NCBI RefSeq assembly: GCF_009914755.1
Contig: NC_060946.1
Length of the DNA stretch: 64,000 bases
Origin: the human T2T-CHM13v2.0 reference genome, Homo sapiens
Strand: one strand, 5' to 3'
This document shows positions 21,523 to 38,614 of this stretch, in pieces. Below the pieces are notes generated by a model. That model did no database searches, was not told where the DNA came from, and worked only from the letters and a program-made list of their open reading frames with translations. Every line of letters begins with the position of its first letter. Positions within the stretch are counted from its first letter, which is position 1. Both the position numbers and the translations under genes were made by a program.

Positions 21523-22106
21523 TGTAGGGACCAAGGGAAAACTTCCCCTTTCCCCTCTGAATGTTTACTGAAAATCAACTGACTAAAGGCAGATTATAGG
21601 AGAAAAGGCAAACAAATCTATTAATGTGCATGGGGAGAATCACAGAGTGATCACCCCACCATGGGAAAGGGAGATGAGGAAGTGTGGATGATGTTGGGGG
21701 GATACTAAATGATTTTTTAGGGAATTCAATGGACTTGAAGAACATATAATGGCCTGGAACAAAGTCCATTGGGCCCACAGAGCAGACAATGGTTTGTGAC
21801 AAAAGTCTGTCCAGCTGTGTTGACAGACTTCAGTCTTTCTTCCTGCAATATAAGTTCAGTCAATGAAAACTCAGGGAAGGGACCAGAGGCAATTATTTTT
21901 TTCTTTGGTGGGTTCAGACTTTAGGCAGATAAGGAAACTTTATCCTGTGCTTAGGGAGAGACAGAAGATTAGGAGACAGTAGTTGGGGGCGGTGGGCGGG
22001 GGAGGTAGAAAGAGAGGGGAAGATCAGAGAGACCTTGAGAAACTACTTTTTCAGTTCAGCATGTCAAAGCACCGTATTTTGGGGCATCAGTTTCTGAGCA
22101 CCGGCA
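21523..22106 (-). mobile_element. ERV1-class solo LTR (MER31/MER34-group-like)
   Basis: Starts tgtagggaccaaggg and ends accgtattttggggcatcagtttctgagcaccggca, resembling the reverse complement of the 5' end of this LTR group. Confidence 0.55.
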
Positions 22107-22625
22107 GAAAAAAGTTGGTTTCTTTAATGAAGCCCAATGTCACTAAGAACTTTAAAGACACAGTGACAATGTTACCTAGAATGTTTCATAAAAGTCCTTA
22201 TAATCCTTTTAAACTTCCCAAGTAAAAATCTTTCTCATTTTTCGGTGACTATTCTGAAACTATTCTCTCTAAGACTCCAGGATCACACTTAACCCTCTCT
22301 GAGCAGATGACCCCTCTATAAAAGAGGAGATAATATCCTTATACTCTCTCTCTTTCATCTGTCCTATAACACCTATACCATATCAATACATCCTTAGCAC
22401 CTTCAATCCTGTGTCAGAAAATAAAGGCCCTCTGATTGTACACAAGGCGGGTCTTCCTGATCAAAGTCCCTCTTGCTTCCTCTAGGACTTTATGCTCTCA
22501 GTTACTCCCCACACTATCCTATATGCAGGCACTCCCTTGAGACAAGGTTTTTCTCAGTATACAAATATGGGCAAGTCTCTCCAAACCTAATCAGCCTTGC
22601 ATTTTTTTAAAAAACTTTATTTGGT

Positions 22626-23188
22626 TAGGGAGGATACAATGATTAAATTATGCTTAGAAAAAAGTAGTGATATACAGTTTAAATTGGAAAGGGGGATAGC
22701 TAGAAGTCAGTTGCTTGGTTTGGATGCCTCTATAATAATCAAGGTAAGAAGGAACTAGGATCTGAGTTGGAGTGGTGCCAAGAGAATGAAAGGAGGGAAT
22801 ATTGAAAAAAAAAATTGTGTAATTAATACTGACAGGTCCTGGAAACTAAATAAATGTGGGATAGAGGGAAAAAGAAGAACAAAATAGAATGCTTTTCAAG
22901 CAGAGACTTCTACAGCCACACACAACAAAGAATACAGACTTTGCAAAATTAGTTCAGGGAAGTCACTACAGAAGCAAATGACAACAACAAGCCCTAGGGT
23001 GGGGAATATGATTTTCAGATTATTATATGATTTCCACATTACTTAAATTTTCCAATTTTCAACAAAATTCTAAGACATAGGAAAAAAAACAAGAAAGTAT
23101 GACCATACACAGAAAAAAAAGCAGTCAAGAGAAATAATCTCTGAAGAAGCCTGGATGTTGGACTTAGTAGACAAAGACTATAAATCAG

Positions 23189-23222
<34 letters not shown>

Positions 23223-23486
23223 TTCTATTTTATTCTTCTTTTTCCCTCTATCCCACAATCATTTAGTTTCCAGGACCTGTCAGTATTAATTACACAGTGT
23301 TTTTTTGCAATATTCCCTCCTTTCATTCTCTTGGCACCACTCCAACTCAGATCCTAGTTCCTTCTTACCTTGATTATTATAGAGGCATCCAAACCAAGCA
23401 ACTGACTTCTAGCTATCCCCCTTTCCAATTTAAACTGTATACCACTACTTTTTTCTAAGCATAATTTAATCATTGTATCCTCCCTA
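22626..23486. repeat. 267-bp inverted duplication (arms 22626-22892 and 23220-23486, 327-bp spacer)
   Basis: Direct reverse-complement comparison, about 7 mismatches; the second arm sits inside a (TA)n tract. Confidence 0.95.
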
Positions 23487-25390
23487 TATGTTGTGTATAT
23501 ATATATACACAAAGAACTACAGAAAACCATGGGCTAAAAACCTAAAGGAAAATATGAGAATGATATCTTGCCAAATGTAGAATATCAATAAAGAGAAAGA
23601 AATTATTTTAAAAAAGAACTAAAAAAAAAAAAATTCTGGAGTTAAAAAGTATAGTAACTGAAATGAAAAATTCACCAGAGGGGATCAACAGTATATTTGA
23701 ACTAACAGAAGAAGGAATCAGTGAATGTGAAAATACATGATTTGAGGTTATCCAGTTGAGGAGGAATAGGTGGAGGACACTATCAACTGTATCAATATAT
23801 ATGCATAATGAAAGTTCCAGAAGGAGGGAAGTCAGATAAATAATATCCAAAGAAATAATGGCCAGAAACTTCCCAAATATAGTGAAAAGCATTAATTTAC
23901 ACATCCAAGAAGCTCAGTAAGCTACAAATAGAATAAAATCAGAGACCAATATGTAGATACATCATAATCAAATGATTGATGGTTAAAGACAAAGAGACAA
24001 TTTAGAAACCAACAAGAGAGAAGCAATTAATCACATACAAAGAATCCTCCATAAGATGAATTCATTTCTCCTTGGAAACCATTTAGGTCAGAAGGTAGTG
24101 GGATAACATATTCAAGGTCCTGAAAGGAAAAAGTACTGTGAATCTAGAATTCTGTATCTTGAAAAACTATCCTTCAAAAACAAAGGAGAAATTAAGACAT
24201 TCCCAGATAAACAAAACTTGACCTGCTCTACAAGAAATTCTACAGGGAGTCCTTCAGGCTGAAATGAAAGGAAACTAGTCAGTAATTCAAATCCACATGA
24301 AGAAATAAAGAACACTTTGGTAAAGGTAACTACAAAGCTAAATATAAAAGATAACATAAATGTATTTTTTGTAATTTTTTCTTCTATCTAATTTAAAAGA
24401 CAATGGCATAAAGCAATACTAATAAAGTGGTGTTAATGGGCTTATAATATATAAAGAGGTTTACGTATGTTAAAAAATAGCATAAAGGGGCTCACATCTG
24501 TAATCCCAGTACGTTGGTAGACCGAAGTGGGTGGATTGCTTGAACTCAGGAGTTCAAGACCAGCCTGGGCAACATGGTGACATCCAGTCTCTATTAAAAA
24601 TAACAAATATTAGCTGACTGTGGTGGTGCATGCCTGTAATCCCAGTTACTCAGATGGCTGAAGCATGAGAATGACTTGAACTTGGGAGATGGAAGTTGCA
24701 GTGAGCTGAGATCATGCCACTGCACTCTAACCTGGGCAACAGAATGAGACCTTGTCTCAAAAAAAAAAAAAAAAAAGCATAAAGGAAGGGACAAGGAATG
24801 GAGCTACATAGAAAGAAAGTTTTTCTATAATAAATTCATTTTGTAAAATAAATTCACTCAATACATTGTATTAATCTGAACTAGATTACTACAAACTAAG
24901 ATGTTAATTACAATCACCAGGAAACCACTAAGAAAATAACTTTAGGCCAGGTACAGTGGCTCATGCCTGTAATTCCAGTATTTTATGAGGCTGAAGCAGG
25001 AGGATCACTTGAGGCTAGGAGTTTTTTTGTTTTTGTTTTTGTTTTGTTTTTGATACAGAGCCTTGCTCTGTCACCCAGGCTGGAGTGCAGTGGTGTGATC
25101 TTGGCTCGATGCAACCTCTGCCTCCTGGATTCAAATGATTCTCCTGATCTCAGCCTCCTGAGTAGCTGGGATTACAAGCAAGCACCACCACACCCAGCTA
25201 ATGAGGCCAGGAGTTTGAGACCAGCCTGGGCAACATAGCAATATTCATCTCTACAAAAATTTTTAAAAATAAAATTAACTGGTTGGACATGGTGGCTCAC
25301 ACCTGTAATCCTAGCATTTTGGGAGGCTGAGGCAGGTGACTGGCTTGAGCCCAGGAGTTTGAGACCAGCTGGGCAACATGGTGAAAACCT

Positions 25391-26874
25391 CCCTCTCCCT
25401 CTCCCCCTCTCCCTCTCCCTCCCTCTGTCTCCCTCTCCCTCTCCCTCTCGGTCTCCCTCTCCCTCTCTTTCCATGCTCTCCCTCTGATGCCAAGCCGAAG
25501 CTGGACTGTACTGCTGCCACCTCGGCTCACTGCAATCTCCCTGCCTGATTCTCCCGCCTCAGCCTGCCCAGTGCCTGCTATTGCAGGCACGTGCCGCCAC
25601 GCCTGACTGGTTTTCGTATTTTTTTGGTGGAGACGGGGTTTCGCTGTGTTGGCCGGGCTGGTCTCCAGCTCCTAACCGCGAGTGATCTGCCAGCCTCGGC
25701 CTCCCGAGGTGCCAGGATTGCAGACAGAGTCTCGTTCACTCAGTGCTCAATGTTGCCCAGGCTGGAGTGCAGTGGCGTGATCTCAGCTAGCTACAACCTC
25801 CACCTCCCAGCCGCCTGCCTTGGCCTCCTAAAGTGCCAAGATTGCAGCCTCTGCCCGGCCGCCACCCCGTCTGGGAAGTGAGGAGCGTCTCTGCCTGGCC
25901 ACCCATCGTCTGGGATGTGAGGAGCTCCTCTGCCCGGCTGCCCAGTCTGGGAAGTGAGGAGCGCCTCTTCCCAGCCGCCATCCCGTCTAGGAAGTGAGGA
26001 GCGTCTCTGCCCGGCCGCCCCGTCTGGGATGTGAGGAGCGCCTCTGCCTGGCTGCGACCCCGTCTGGGAGGTGAGGAGCGTCTCTACCCGGCCGCCCCAT
26101 CTGAGAAGTGAGGAGCCCCTCCTCCCGGCAGCTGCCCCATCTGAGAAGTGAGGAGCCCCTCCGCCCGGCAGCCACCCCATCTGGGAAGTGAGGAGCGTCT
26201 CCGCCCGGCAGCCGCCCCGTCCGGGAGGGAGGTGGGAGGCAGCCCCCGCCCGGCCAGCCGCCCTGTCCGGGAGGGAGGTGGGGGGCGCCTCTGCCCGGCC
26301 GCCCCTTCTGGGAAGTGAGGAGCCCCTCTGCCTGGCCGCCACCCCCTCTGGGAGGTGTACCCAACAGCTCATTGAGAACGGGCCATGATGATGATGGCGG
26401 TTTTGTGGAATAGAAAAGGGGGAAATGTGGGGAAAAGATAGAGAAATCAGATTGTTGCTGTGTCTGTGTAGAAAGAAGTAGACATAGGAGACTCCATTTT
26501 GTTCTGTACTAAGAAAGATTCTTCTGCCTTGGGATGCTGGTGATCTATGACCTTGCCCCCAACCCTGTGCTCTCTGAAACATGCTGTGTCCACTCAGGGT
26601 TAAATGGATTAAGGGTGGTGCAAGATGTGCTTTGTTAAACAGATGCTTGAAGGCAGCATGCTCCTTAAGAGTCATCACCACTCCCTAATCTCAAGTACCC
26701 AGGGACACAAACACTGAGGAAGGCTGCAGGGTCCTCTGCCTAGGAAAACCAGAGACCTTTGTTCACTTGTTTATCTGCTGACCTTCTCTCCACTATTGTC
26801 CTATGACCCTGCCAAATCCCCCTCTGCGAGAAACACCCAAGAATGATCAATAAAAAAAAAAAAGAAAAAAAAAA
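25391..26874 (+). mobile_element. Full-structure SVA ((CCCTCT)n, Alu-like domain, VNTR, SINE-R, polyA) inserted into an Alu (25281-27080)
   Basis: Hexamer array at ~25389-25468; TSD GAAAACCT at 25383-25390 and 26875-26882; host Alu resumes after the insertion. Confidence 0.95.
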
Positions 26875-27064
26875 GAAAACCTAGCTCTATAAAAAATCCA
26901 AAAAAAAAAAAAATTTGCTGGGCATGGTGGCACATGCCTGTAGTCCCAGCTATTCAGGAGGCTTAGTTGGGAGGATCACTTGAGCCCAAAAGTTCAGGGC
27001 CGCAGTGAGCTATGATTGTGCCACTGCACTCCAGCCTGGATGACAGAGTGAGACCTTGTCTCTA

Positions 27065-27328
<264 letters not shown>

Positions 27329-28553
27329 CTATAGGCTGGGCAAAAGAGTGAGACTACATCTCAAAAATAAAATAAATAAATAAATAAAATAAAATAAATC
27401 TAAAAAGAAAATATTTTTAGAATATATAGGAAAAGAAATGACAAGAAGTTAAAATGGCACATTGGAAAATATCTACAAAAAAAGCAGTAAGGGAGAAAGA
27501 AATAAAAACACATAAGACATATAGAAAACAAATAGCAAAATTACAGACATAAATCCAACCTTGTTAGCAATGGATTAAGCACTCCAATCAAAAGGCAGAG
27601 ATTGGAAAAATGGATAAAAACAACATGATCCAACCATATTCTGTCTATAAGAGATACAGTTTATTTCACTTATTTTAATCTTTTGAAATGATTCAATCTT
27701 GTTCTGTTGCCCAGGTGGGGTGCAGTGGTGTGATCACAACTCACTACAACTTTGAACTCCTGGTCTTAAGCAATCCTACCCCAGCCTCCCAAGTAGTTGG
27801 GACTAAAGGCACATGCCATCCCACCCAGCTAATTTTAGAAAGTTTTTTTAGAGATGGCATCTGTATTGCCCAGGCTGGTCTTGAACTCCTGGGCTCAAGC
27901 GATCTTTATCTCTCTCCCCACCCTTTTTTTTTTTTTTTTAAGAAACAGGATCTCACTCTGTCATCCAGGCTAGAGTGCAACGCACAATCATAGCTAACTG
28001 CAGCCTCAAAATCCTGAGCTCAAGTGATCCTTCCAACTCAGCCTCCTGAGTAGCTGGGACTACAGGTGCAGGCTACCAAACTCAGCTAATTATTAAGTAT
28101 TTTTTTTTTTTAGAGACAGGGTCTTATTTGTTGGCCAGGCTGGTCTTGAACTTCTGGCCTCAAGAGATCCTCCCACTTCAGCCTCCCAGAATTCTGTGAT
28201 TATAGGAGTGAGCCACCACTCCGGGCCCATCTGGCATTTTTATTATTGTCAAAGAAAAGAGCTGGAGTAGCTATACTTATACCAGACAAAAAAAGACTTT
28301 AAGATAAAATGTGTTACTAGACACCAAAAAAGGACATTTAATAATGATTTTAAAAGTCAGTCTATCAAGAAGATACAGGCTGGGTGCAGTGGCTCATGCC
28401 TATAATCCCAGCACTTTAGGAGGCCGAGGTGGGTGGATCACTTGAGATCAGGAGTTCGAGACCAACCTGGCCAACATGGTGAAACCCTGTCTCTACTAAA
28501 AATACAAAAATTAGCTGGGTGTGGTATGGGGTGCTTGTAATCCCAGCTACTCA

Positions 28554-28688
<135 letters not shown>

Positions 28689-29195
28689 CTACCTAACAAC
28701 AGAGCCTCAAAATACATGAAGCAAAAAATAAATAAGGGGAGAAATAAACAATTCAACAATACTAATTAGAGAAATAATACTTCCCTCTCAGAAATAGATA
28801 GAACAACTAGACAGAAGACCAACAAGGAAATAGAAGACTTGAACAACACTACAAACTAACTAGATCTAAGGAACATCAATAGAACTTTCCACCCAAAACC
28901 AGCAGACTATACATTTTCTCAAGTGCACATGGAATAGTCCCCAGAATAGACCATATGTCAGGCTATAAAACAAGTGTCAATAAATTTAAAAGGACTGAAA
29001 TCATACAATGTATATTCTGTCACTGCAAGCAATATCACAATAAATCAACAACTGAAGGAAATTTGGGAAATTTACAAATATGTGGAAACCACAAAACACA
29101 CTCCAAAATACCTATTAGGTCAAAGAAGAAATCACAAGAGATACTAGAAAATACTTTGAAGTGAATGAAAACAAAAACACAATGTAGCAAAATTA

Positions 29196-29378
<183 letters not shown>

Positions 29379-30364
29379 TCAGGCATGAGAATTGCTTGAA
29401 CCTGGGAGGTGGAAGTTGCAGTTAGCTGAGATTGCACCACTGCACTCCAGCCTGGGTGACAGGGCAAGACTCCATCTCAAAAAAACAAAAACAAAACAAA
29501 ACAAAAAAACCCCACCAAAAACAATGTAGTAAAATGTATGAGATGCAGCTAACACACACCTAAGTGGGAAATTTATAGCTGTAAATGCTACATTAAATAA
29601 AGACCTTGAATAAATTACCTAATCTTACATTTTAAGAAACTCAAAAAAGAAGAGAAAACTAAATCCAAAGCAAGCAGAAAGAAGGGAATAATACAGATTA
29701 GAGTAGAAACAAACAAAATTGAGAATAGAAAAACAATAGAGAAAATCAATAAAACCAAAAGTTGTTTCTTGGAAAAAAAAATCAACAAAATTGACAAATC
29801 TTTAGCAAGGCAGACTAAGAAAAAAATTAGACTGAAGTTACTAAAATTAGGATTGAAAGAGGTACATTATTACCAACCTTACAGAAATAAAAGGGATTAT
29901 AAGAGAATTTTATAAATAATTGCATGACAGCCAGGAGCAGTGGCTCATGCCTGTAATCCCAGAACTTTGGGAGGCCAAGGTGGGTGGATCACTTGAGGCT
30001 AGGAGTTTGAGACCAGCCTGGGCAGCATGGCAAAACCCTGTCTTTACCAAAAATACAAAAAAAGATAGCCAGGCCTGGTGGTGTGTGCCTGTAGTCCCTG
30101 CTAATTGGGAGGCTTGAGGCATGAGAATTGCTTGAACTGGAAGGCGGAGGTTGCAGTGAACTGAGATCACGCCACTGCCCTCCAGCCTGGGTGATACAGC
30201 AAGACTCCATCTCAAAAAGAAAAAAAAACAACTGTATGCCAACAAATTAGGTAAACTAGATGGAATGGACAAATTCCTATAAAGACACAAACTACTGAAT
30301 GACTCAAGAAAATATAGATAACCTGAATAGGCCTATAATAAGCAGAGATTGCATTAGTAGTTAA

Positions 30365-30397
<33 letters not shown>

Positions 30398-31551
30398 ACC
30401 TTCCACAAAGAAAAGCCCAGGACCACATGGCTTCACTGGTGAATTCTACCAGATATATAAAGAAGAATTCACACTCTTCCCAAAAAATAAAAGGGGAGAG
30501 AACACTTCTCAATGCCTTCTATGAGATGGGTATACCAAAACCAGAAGAAAGAACATCACAAGAACACTACAAATCAATATCCCTTATGAATATAGACACA
30601 ACACTCCCCCCAAATAGTGGCAAACTAAATCCAATAACATATAAAAAGGAATATACACCACAAACCACATGGAATTTATCCCAGGATTGCAAGGTTGGTT
30701 CAATATATAAAAATCAATTTAACATACTAAGGATAAAGGATAAAACTCACATGATCAATAGATGTAGAAAAAGTATTAAATAAAATCCAATATCTTTTTT
30801 TTTTTTTTGAGATGGAGTCTCTCTCTGTCAGCCAGGCTGGAGTGGCATGATTTCTGCTCACTGCATCCTCTGCCTCCCGGGTTCCAGCGATTCTCCTGCC
30901 TCAGCCTCCTGAGTAGCTGGGATTATAGGCGCCTGCCACCACACCTGGCTAATTTTTGTATTTTTAGCAGAGAAGGGGTTTCACCATGTTGGCCAGGCTG
31001 GTCTCAAACTCCTGACTTCAGGTGATCCGCCCGTCTTGGTCTCCCAAAGTGCTGGGATTACAGGTGTGAGCCACTGTGCCTGGCCAAAATCCAATATCTT
31101 TTTATGATAAAAAACATTCTACAAACTGGGACTAGAAGGAAAGCCATTAATATGATAAAGGGCATCTACAAAAAGCCCCAGCTAACATCATACTTGTTGG
31201 TGAAAGACTGAATGCTTTCCCCTAAGAAAATTCCTTATCAGGAATAAGACAAGGATATCTGCTCTTGCCACTTCTATTCAATATTGTACTGGAGGTTCTA
31301 GCCGGGGAAATTAACCAAGAAAAATAAATAAACGGCACCCAGATTAGAAAGGAAGAATTAAAACTATCTTTATTTGCAGATGACAAAATCTTGTCTATAG
31401 AAAATTCACAAAAAAATTGGTGAGAACTAATACAAGTTCAGCAAGGATACAGGATGCAAGATTAATATACGAAAAGCAATTATTTTTCTATACACTAGCA
31501 ATGAACAATCCCAAAATGAGATTAAGAAAACAATTCCATGTATAATAGCAT

Positions 31552-31953
31552 TGTTAAGGACTGAATTATGCCCTCCCCAACCCCAATTCATATGTTGAAG
31601 CCCTAACCTCCAATGTTACTATACTTGGAGACAGGACCTTTAAGGAGGTAATTAAGGTTAAATGAGGTCATAAGGGTGGAGTGCTAATCCAAAGGGACTG
31701 GAGTCCTTATAACAAGAGGAAGAGACATCAAAGACATCTCTCTCTCCACATATGCACAGAGAAAAGACTATGTGAAGACACAGCAAGGAGGAGGCAGTCT
31801 GCAAGCCAGGAAGAGAGGCCTCACCCAAAACCAACTCTGCTGGCACCTTAATCTTGGACTTCCAGCCTCTAGAACTGTAAGAAGATCAGCTTCCATTGTT
31901 TAAGCCACACTATTTGTGGTATTCTGTTATTGCAGCCCAAGCAAACTAATATA
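31552..31953 (+). mobile_element. MaLR solo LTR (MLT1A-like) inserted in L1 ORF2
   Basis: 5-bp TSD AGCAT at 31547-31551 and 31954-31958; ttcatatgttgaagccctaacctccaatg...gcagcccaagcaaactaatata. Confidence 0.85.
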
Positions 31954-32398
31954 AGCATCAAAGAAAATAAAAATCTTAGGAATAAATTTAACCAAAGAAG
32001 TGTAAGACTTGTACACTGAAAACTATAAACATTGTTGAAAGAAATTAAAGAAAACCTATATAAATGGGAAGATATCCATATTTGTGGATTGAAAAACAAT
32101 ATTATTCAGATAGCAATGCTCCCCAAATTGATCTACAGATTCAATGTAATCCCTATCAAAATCTCAGTTGCCTTTTTTGGCAGGCAGTAACAAGCTGATC
32201 CTAAAATTCAAATGGAAATGCAAGGGACTCAGAATAGCCAAAACAATCTTGAAAAAGAAAAAAGTCAAAAGATATACTTCTCGGATTTCAAAATGGCCAA
32301 GAAGCAAATGAAAAGATGTTCAACACCATTAGTCATTAGGAAAATGCAAATCAAAACCACAATGAGATATCATTTCACACCCAGTAGGATGGCTGTAA

Positions 32399-32713
<315 letters not shown>

Positions 32714-33308
32714 TGACGAAGCAAAGATATGGGAAAATTGGAACCCCTTATACGTTGCTGGTGAATGTAAAACAGTGTAGTTGCTTTGGAAAGAGTTTGA
32801 CCATTTCTCAAAAAGGTAAACATAGAGTTACCATGTGACGCAGCAATTCTGCTCCCAGATATATATCCAAGAAAAATGAAAACATATATCCACACATAAC
32901 CTTCTACATAAATGTTCATAGAAGTATTATTCTTCACAGCAAAAGGGTGAAAACCTAAATGTCCGTCAACTGATAGATGTACAAAATGTGGTAAACATGG
33001 GATACTTTTTAGCCATAAAAAGGAATACATGCTACAGCATGAATGAATATTATACTTTAGTTATTAAGTGAAAGAAGCCAGATACAAAAGGCCATAGTGT
33101 ATGATTTCGTTTATATGAAATATCCAGAGTAGACAAATCCATAGAGACAGAAAGTAGATTAATGGTTGACAAGGAATAGGGGAGGAAGGAATGGGGGAAT
33201 GACTGCTAATAAGCATGGGGCTTCTTTTGGGGGTGATGCAGGTGTTCTGGAATTAGACAGTGGTGATGGTTGCACAACTTTGTGAATCAGCATACTAAAA
33301 TATGCTGA

Positions 33309-35130
<1,822 letters not shown>

Positions 35131-35746
35131 CTGAAAAGAAAAAGCCACATTTAACTTAACCTTACTGAGGAAGGGGACAAAGATGAGGGAGGACTCTCTC
35201 TACTCAGCTTTTCTCTTAATCGTAAGTGAGACACTTGGAATTGCAAAAGCAACATTTAGCTTTCAGAAGCATGTTGCTGCCAGGAGTGGAAAGAAAGGAT
35301 CTTACACCTCCTTTTCTCTCCTCATTCTAAAGTGGTGGGCAAAATGTCTGCTTTTATTGGTTTGAGGTATTCTAACCATTGCCAAAGAACAAGTAAAGAA
35401 AATGATATACACATGCTCTCCTCCTAAAAATGTCACCTCTTTTGTAAAGCTGTCTTGATTCCCAATTCAGAATGTGTAGCTTCCTTCTCTACATTCTATC
35501 ATATACTTTATACCTCCATTAGTATCACAGATCTCCCTCTCTCACTAAACTGTAGAATTCCATAGTTTGGGGACCAAGTCATTACCTCTGTGATCCCCGC
35601 AGTGCAAAGTAGAGTGCTTTATTAATGGTAGGTACAAAATAAATGCTTGATGAATGAATGTGGTGGTGTCAACTTCATAACTGGACATTATGCTTTTCAG
35701 AGTTCCAATAAATGTTGAAAACAAATAAAGAAACTACCCTTCCTAC

Positions 35747-36386
35747 TTAGCTGCTCCCTCCATCCCAATCTCTTTTTCTCTATATTTGGTATCACGATTG
35801 TGTACACTGAAGAGGGAGACACATCTAATGGGAAATATCCTCCTGGGAAGATATTTTATATTCAATATTTCTATTTTGATAACCCTCCAATGAACCATTT
35901 TTTGGGGGAGGATTTCCAAGGTTAAACTGAACTTGATGAGCAGAGTTCCGATCATTTTAGGTAGGCAAAAGATAGCTCTGCTGGCCAGGCGCAGTGGCTC
36001 ACGCCTGTAAACCCAGCACTTTGCGAGGCTGAGGTGGGCAGATCACTTGAGGTCAGGAGTTCGAGAGAAGCCTGGCCAACATGGTGAGACCCCGTCTCTA
36101 CTAAAAATACAAAAATTAGCTGGGTGTGGTGGCGCATGCCTGTAATCCCAGCTACTCAGAAGGCTAAGGCAGGAGAATAGCTTGAACCCGGGAGGCGGAG
36201 GGTTGCAGTGAGCCGGGATTGCACCACTGCACTCCAGCCTGGGCGAGAGAGTGAGACTCCATCTCAAAAAAAAAAAAAGATAGCTCTGCTTCTGGTGACA
36301 CAGTGCACTGTCAGATGCCTCGGAATAAACTATAAAGGTCTAAAAACTGAAAGCATGACGCCAAGACTCCCCTAACCAGGTGCTGC
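35747..36386 (-). pseudogene. Fossil gene exon interrupted by an Alu (donor uncertain)
   Basis: Acceptor tttctttcttgttcttcttgatcatttcataTAG; phase-2 entry (R)[40 protein letters not shown]; later frameshifted. Confidence 0.55.
35983..36274 (+). mobile_element. AluS inserted inside a fossil exon
   Basis: 16-bp TSD AAAAGATAGCTCTGCT at 35967-35982 and 36275-36290. Confidence 0.9.
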
Positions 36387-36673
36387 CTATATGAAATGAT
36401 CAAGAAGAACAAGAAAGAAACCCTGAATTCTTTTTAACTAACAACGAAAAATGGTCCTTAGCCCTCAAAAAACAAAGCTCAAACTAGAGACTGATTGGTG
36501 ACTGACAACTGTTTCAGGTACAGAGTCAGGTGATGTAAATGTGTCTAAAGAGAGAAAGGTCAAATTTAGCCAATGAAAGTCATCTCAAATAAGATTCCCT
36601 CCTCTATTTTCACCTGTGTCATGTGTTATTTTACTACTGGGGTTTGGCAAAACTTCAGCTGGAGACTTTTTAC

Positions 36674-37006
36674 CTTTGTCAAAATTCTGGTTATTTGGAA
36701 ATTTCTAAACTGATCAAGTTCTGCCACAATGCACATTTTCTACTTGCAAAACAAACAAAATGCTTTGACAGGGACAATTCCCAGTCTCTTATCACTGAAA
36801 GGTACAAAGGAAGCTGGGAAGTTGTTTGAATATCATATAGCACTTTTGAGTTCATTAGGCCATTATCCCCAGGGCTGTATTTAATCAAGATGAAAAAGCA
36901 CAGGCTCAAAGCCTTTTTAGTTGACAAGAAGCGAGTATTTGGCTTGGGACTTCTGTGTCTGAGTTGTAAGTCAGGTTCACAGAAAAGTAATCAGAAACTA
37001 GCCTGA
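36674..37006 (-). pseudogene. Fossil gene exon, 333 nt, symmetric phase
   Basis: Acceptor ctctttcttgtctcCAG, donor AAG/GTAAAA; 99-codon open stretch LLFCEPDLQLRHRSPKPNTRFLSTKK...QNLISLEISK; phase 2 matches the next exon. Confidence 0.65.
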
Positions 37007-37843
37007 CTGGAGACAAGAAAGAGTCTCAAAATAAGAGGTATGAGACCATGGGTTGTACATGTGACCCGGCCTCTTAAGAAGCTTAGGGACCTTGAGCAAA
37101 TTACTTATATTCTCATCTGTAAAGTAAAGGACTAGACTTGGAGTATTTCTAAAGCCCCCTGTAACACTGTCAATGTTTAATTATCTAATGTTGTTCCTTA
37201 AGTAACCGATTCATTCATTCAACTATTTGAATACCTTCAATGTTCACTGAGGAACAGTTAATTCAGGTATCTATTTGAATACCTTCAATGAACATAATAA
37301 AAGAAGTAAAAATAACAGCTCTTGACCTCAAGGAGTTAAGCCAGCGGTAAAGATGAAGGCTTTACCCAACAGCTCCTAGCACAGGGGCCAGGCACAGGGG
37401 CTTATTAATCCATTCCTTTGGTCACAAGGAGCCTGCCAAATGGTGAGGAAGGAAAGAAGTAAGAGAAACTCCACAGAAGCTCTTCGGAGGAAAACAGGGT
37501 AATTTATAATTTCAGTCCACCAATGTCTATTGAGTGCCTACTGTGTGTGCCAGCACTGGGCATCCTGGGGTGACTCCGCCAGATCAGGCCTCTGATGACA
37601 CTTACTTACTTATTCCAGGTGATAGAGAGAAAAAAACAAAACAGGTTATCAAAGAAATGAAGTCCATGGCTGGGCTTGGGGGCTCAAGCCTGTAATCCTA
37701 GCACTTTGGGAGGCTGAGGTGGGTGGATTGCTTGAGGTCAGGAGTTCAAGACCAGCCTGGCCAACATGGTGAAACCCCATCTCTACTAAAAATACAAAAA
37801 TCAGCCGGGCATGGTGATGCATGCCTGTAACCCCAGCTACTTA

Positions 37844-38161
<318 letters not shown>

Positions 38162-38523
38162 CTAGTGATCCAGCCAGAGAGGCTGGTAAATGCGGAGGCT
38201 GAGAAGGGCTGGTGCAGACAAACCATCTGTGTGGTTGGAGCTTAAAAAGCAGTTACTTCCGGAAAGTATAGGGTGAACGCAGTAGTTCTCAACAGAGGGC
38301 AATTTTGCACACCCCATGGGACATTTGGCAAAGTCTAGAGAAATTTTTGGTTGTTATGATGGTGGGGGTGGGGAGAAGGTTGAGAAAACTTGCACTAAAA
38401 GAATATTTCAGCCCAAATTTCAGTTTTAGTCATTATGTTCTAAACTCATGTTCTCGCCAACTTGAATAGTTTTTTTTTTCTTTCCTGCAGAAACAAAATA
38501 AGAACAGGTTTCAAGTGGCTCAC

Positions 38524-38614
38524 TCTTTCATCTACTCTCTTGGGAAATCCCCTTGGGGAGGTTCATGGGACTCCAGGAGCCTTTGGAAAGCACCACAGGA
38601 TACGAAATATCTAC
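38524..38614 (-). pseudogene. Candidate 5' exon of the fossil gene / antisense transcript, 91 nt
   Basis: Acceptor cgtttctcacctgttTAG, donor AGA/GTGAGC; reading frame ambiguous. Confidence 0.5.

Noticed and set aside
25850-26350. Regular ~38-40 bp repeats superficially like a CRISPR array
   Set aside because: SVA VNTR in a primate genome; no unique spacers
25791-26681. 296-aa ORF and the similar ORFs at 18959-19622
   Set aside because: Antisense translation of GC-rich SVA VNTR/SINE-R sequence
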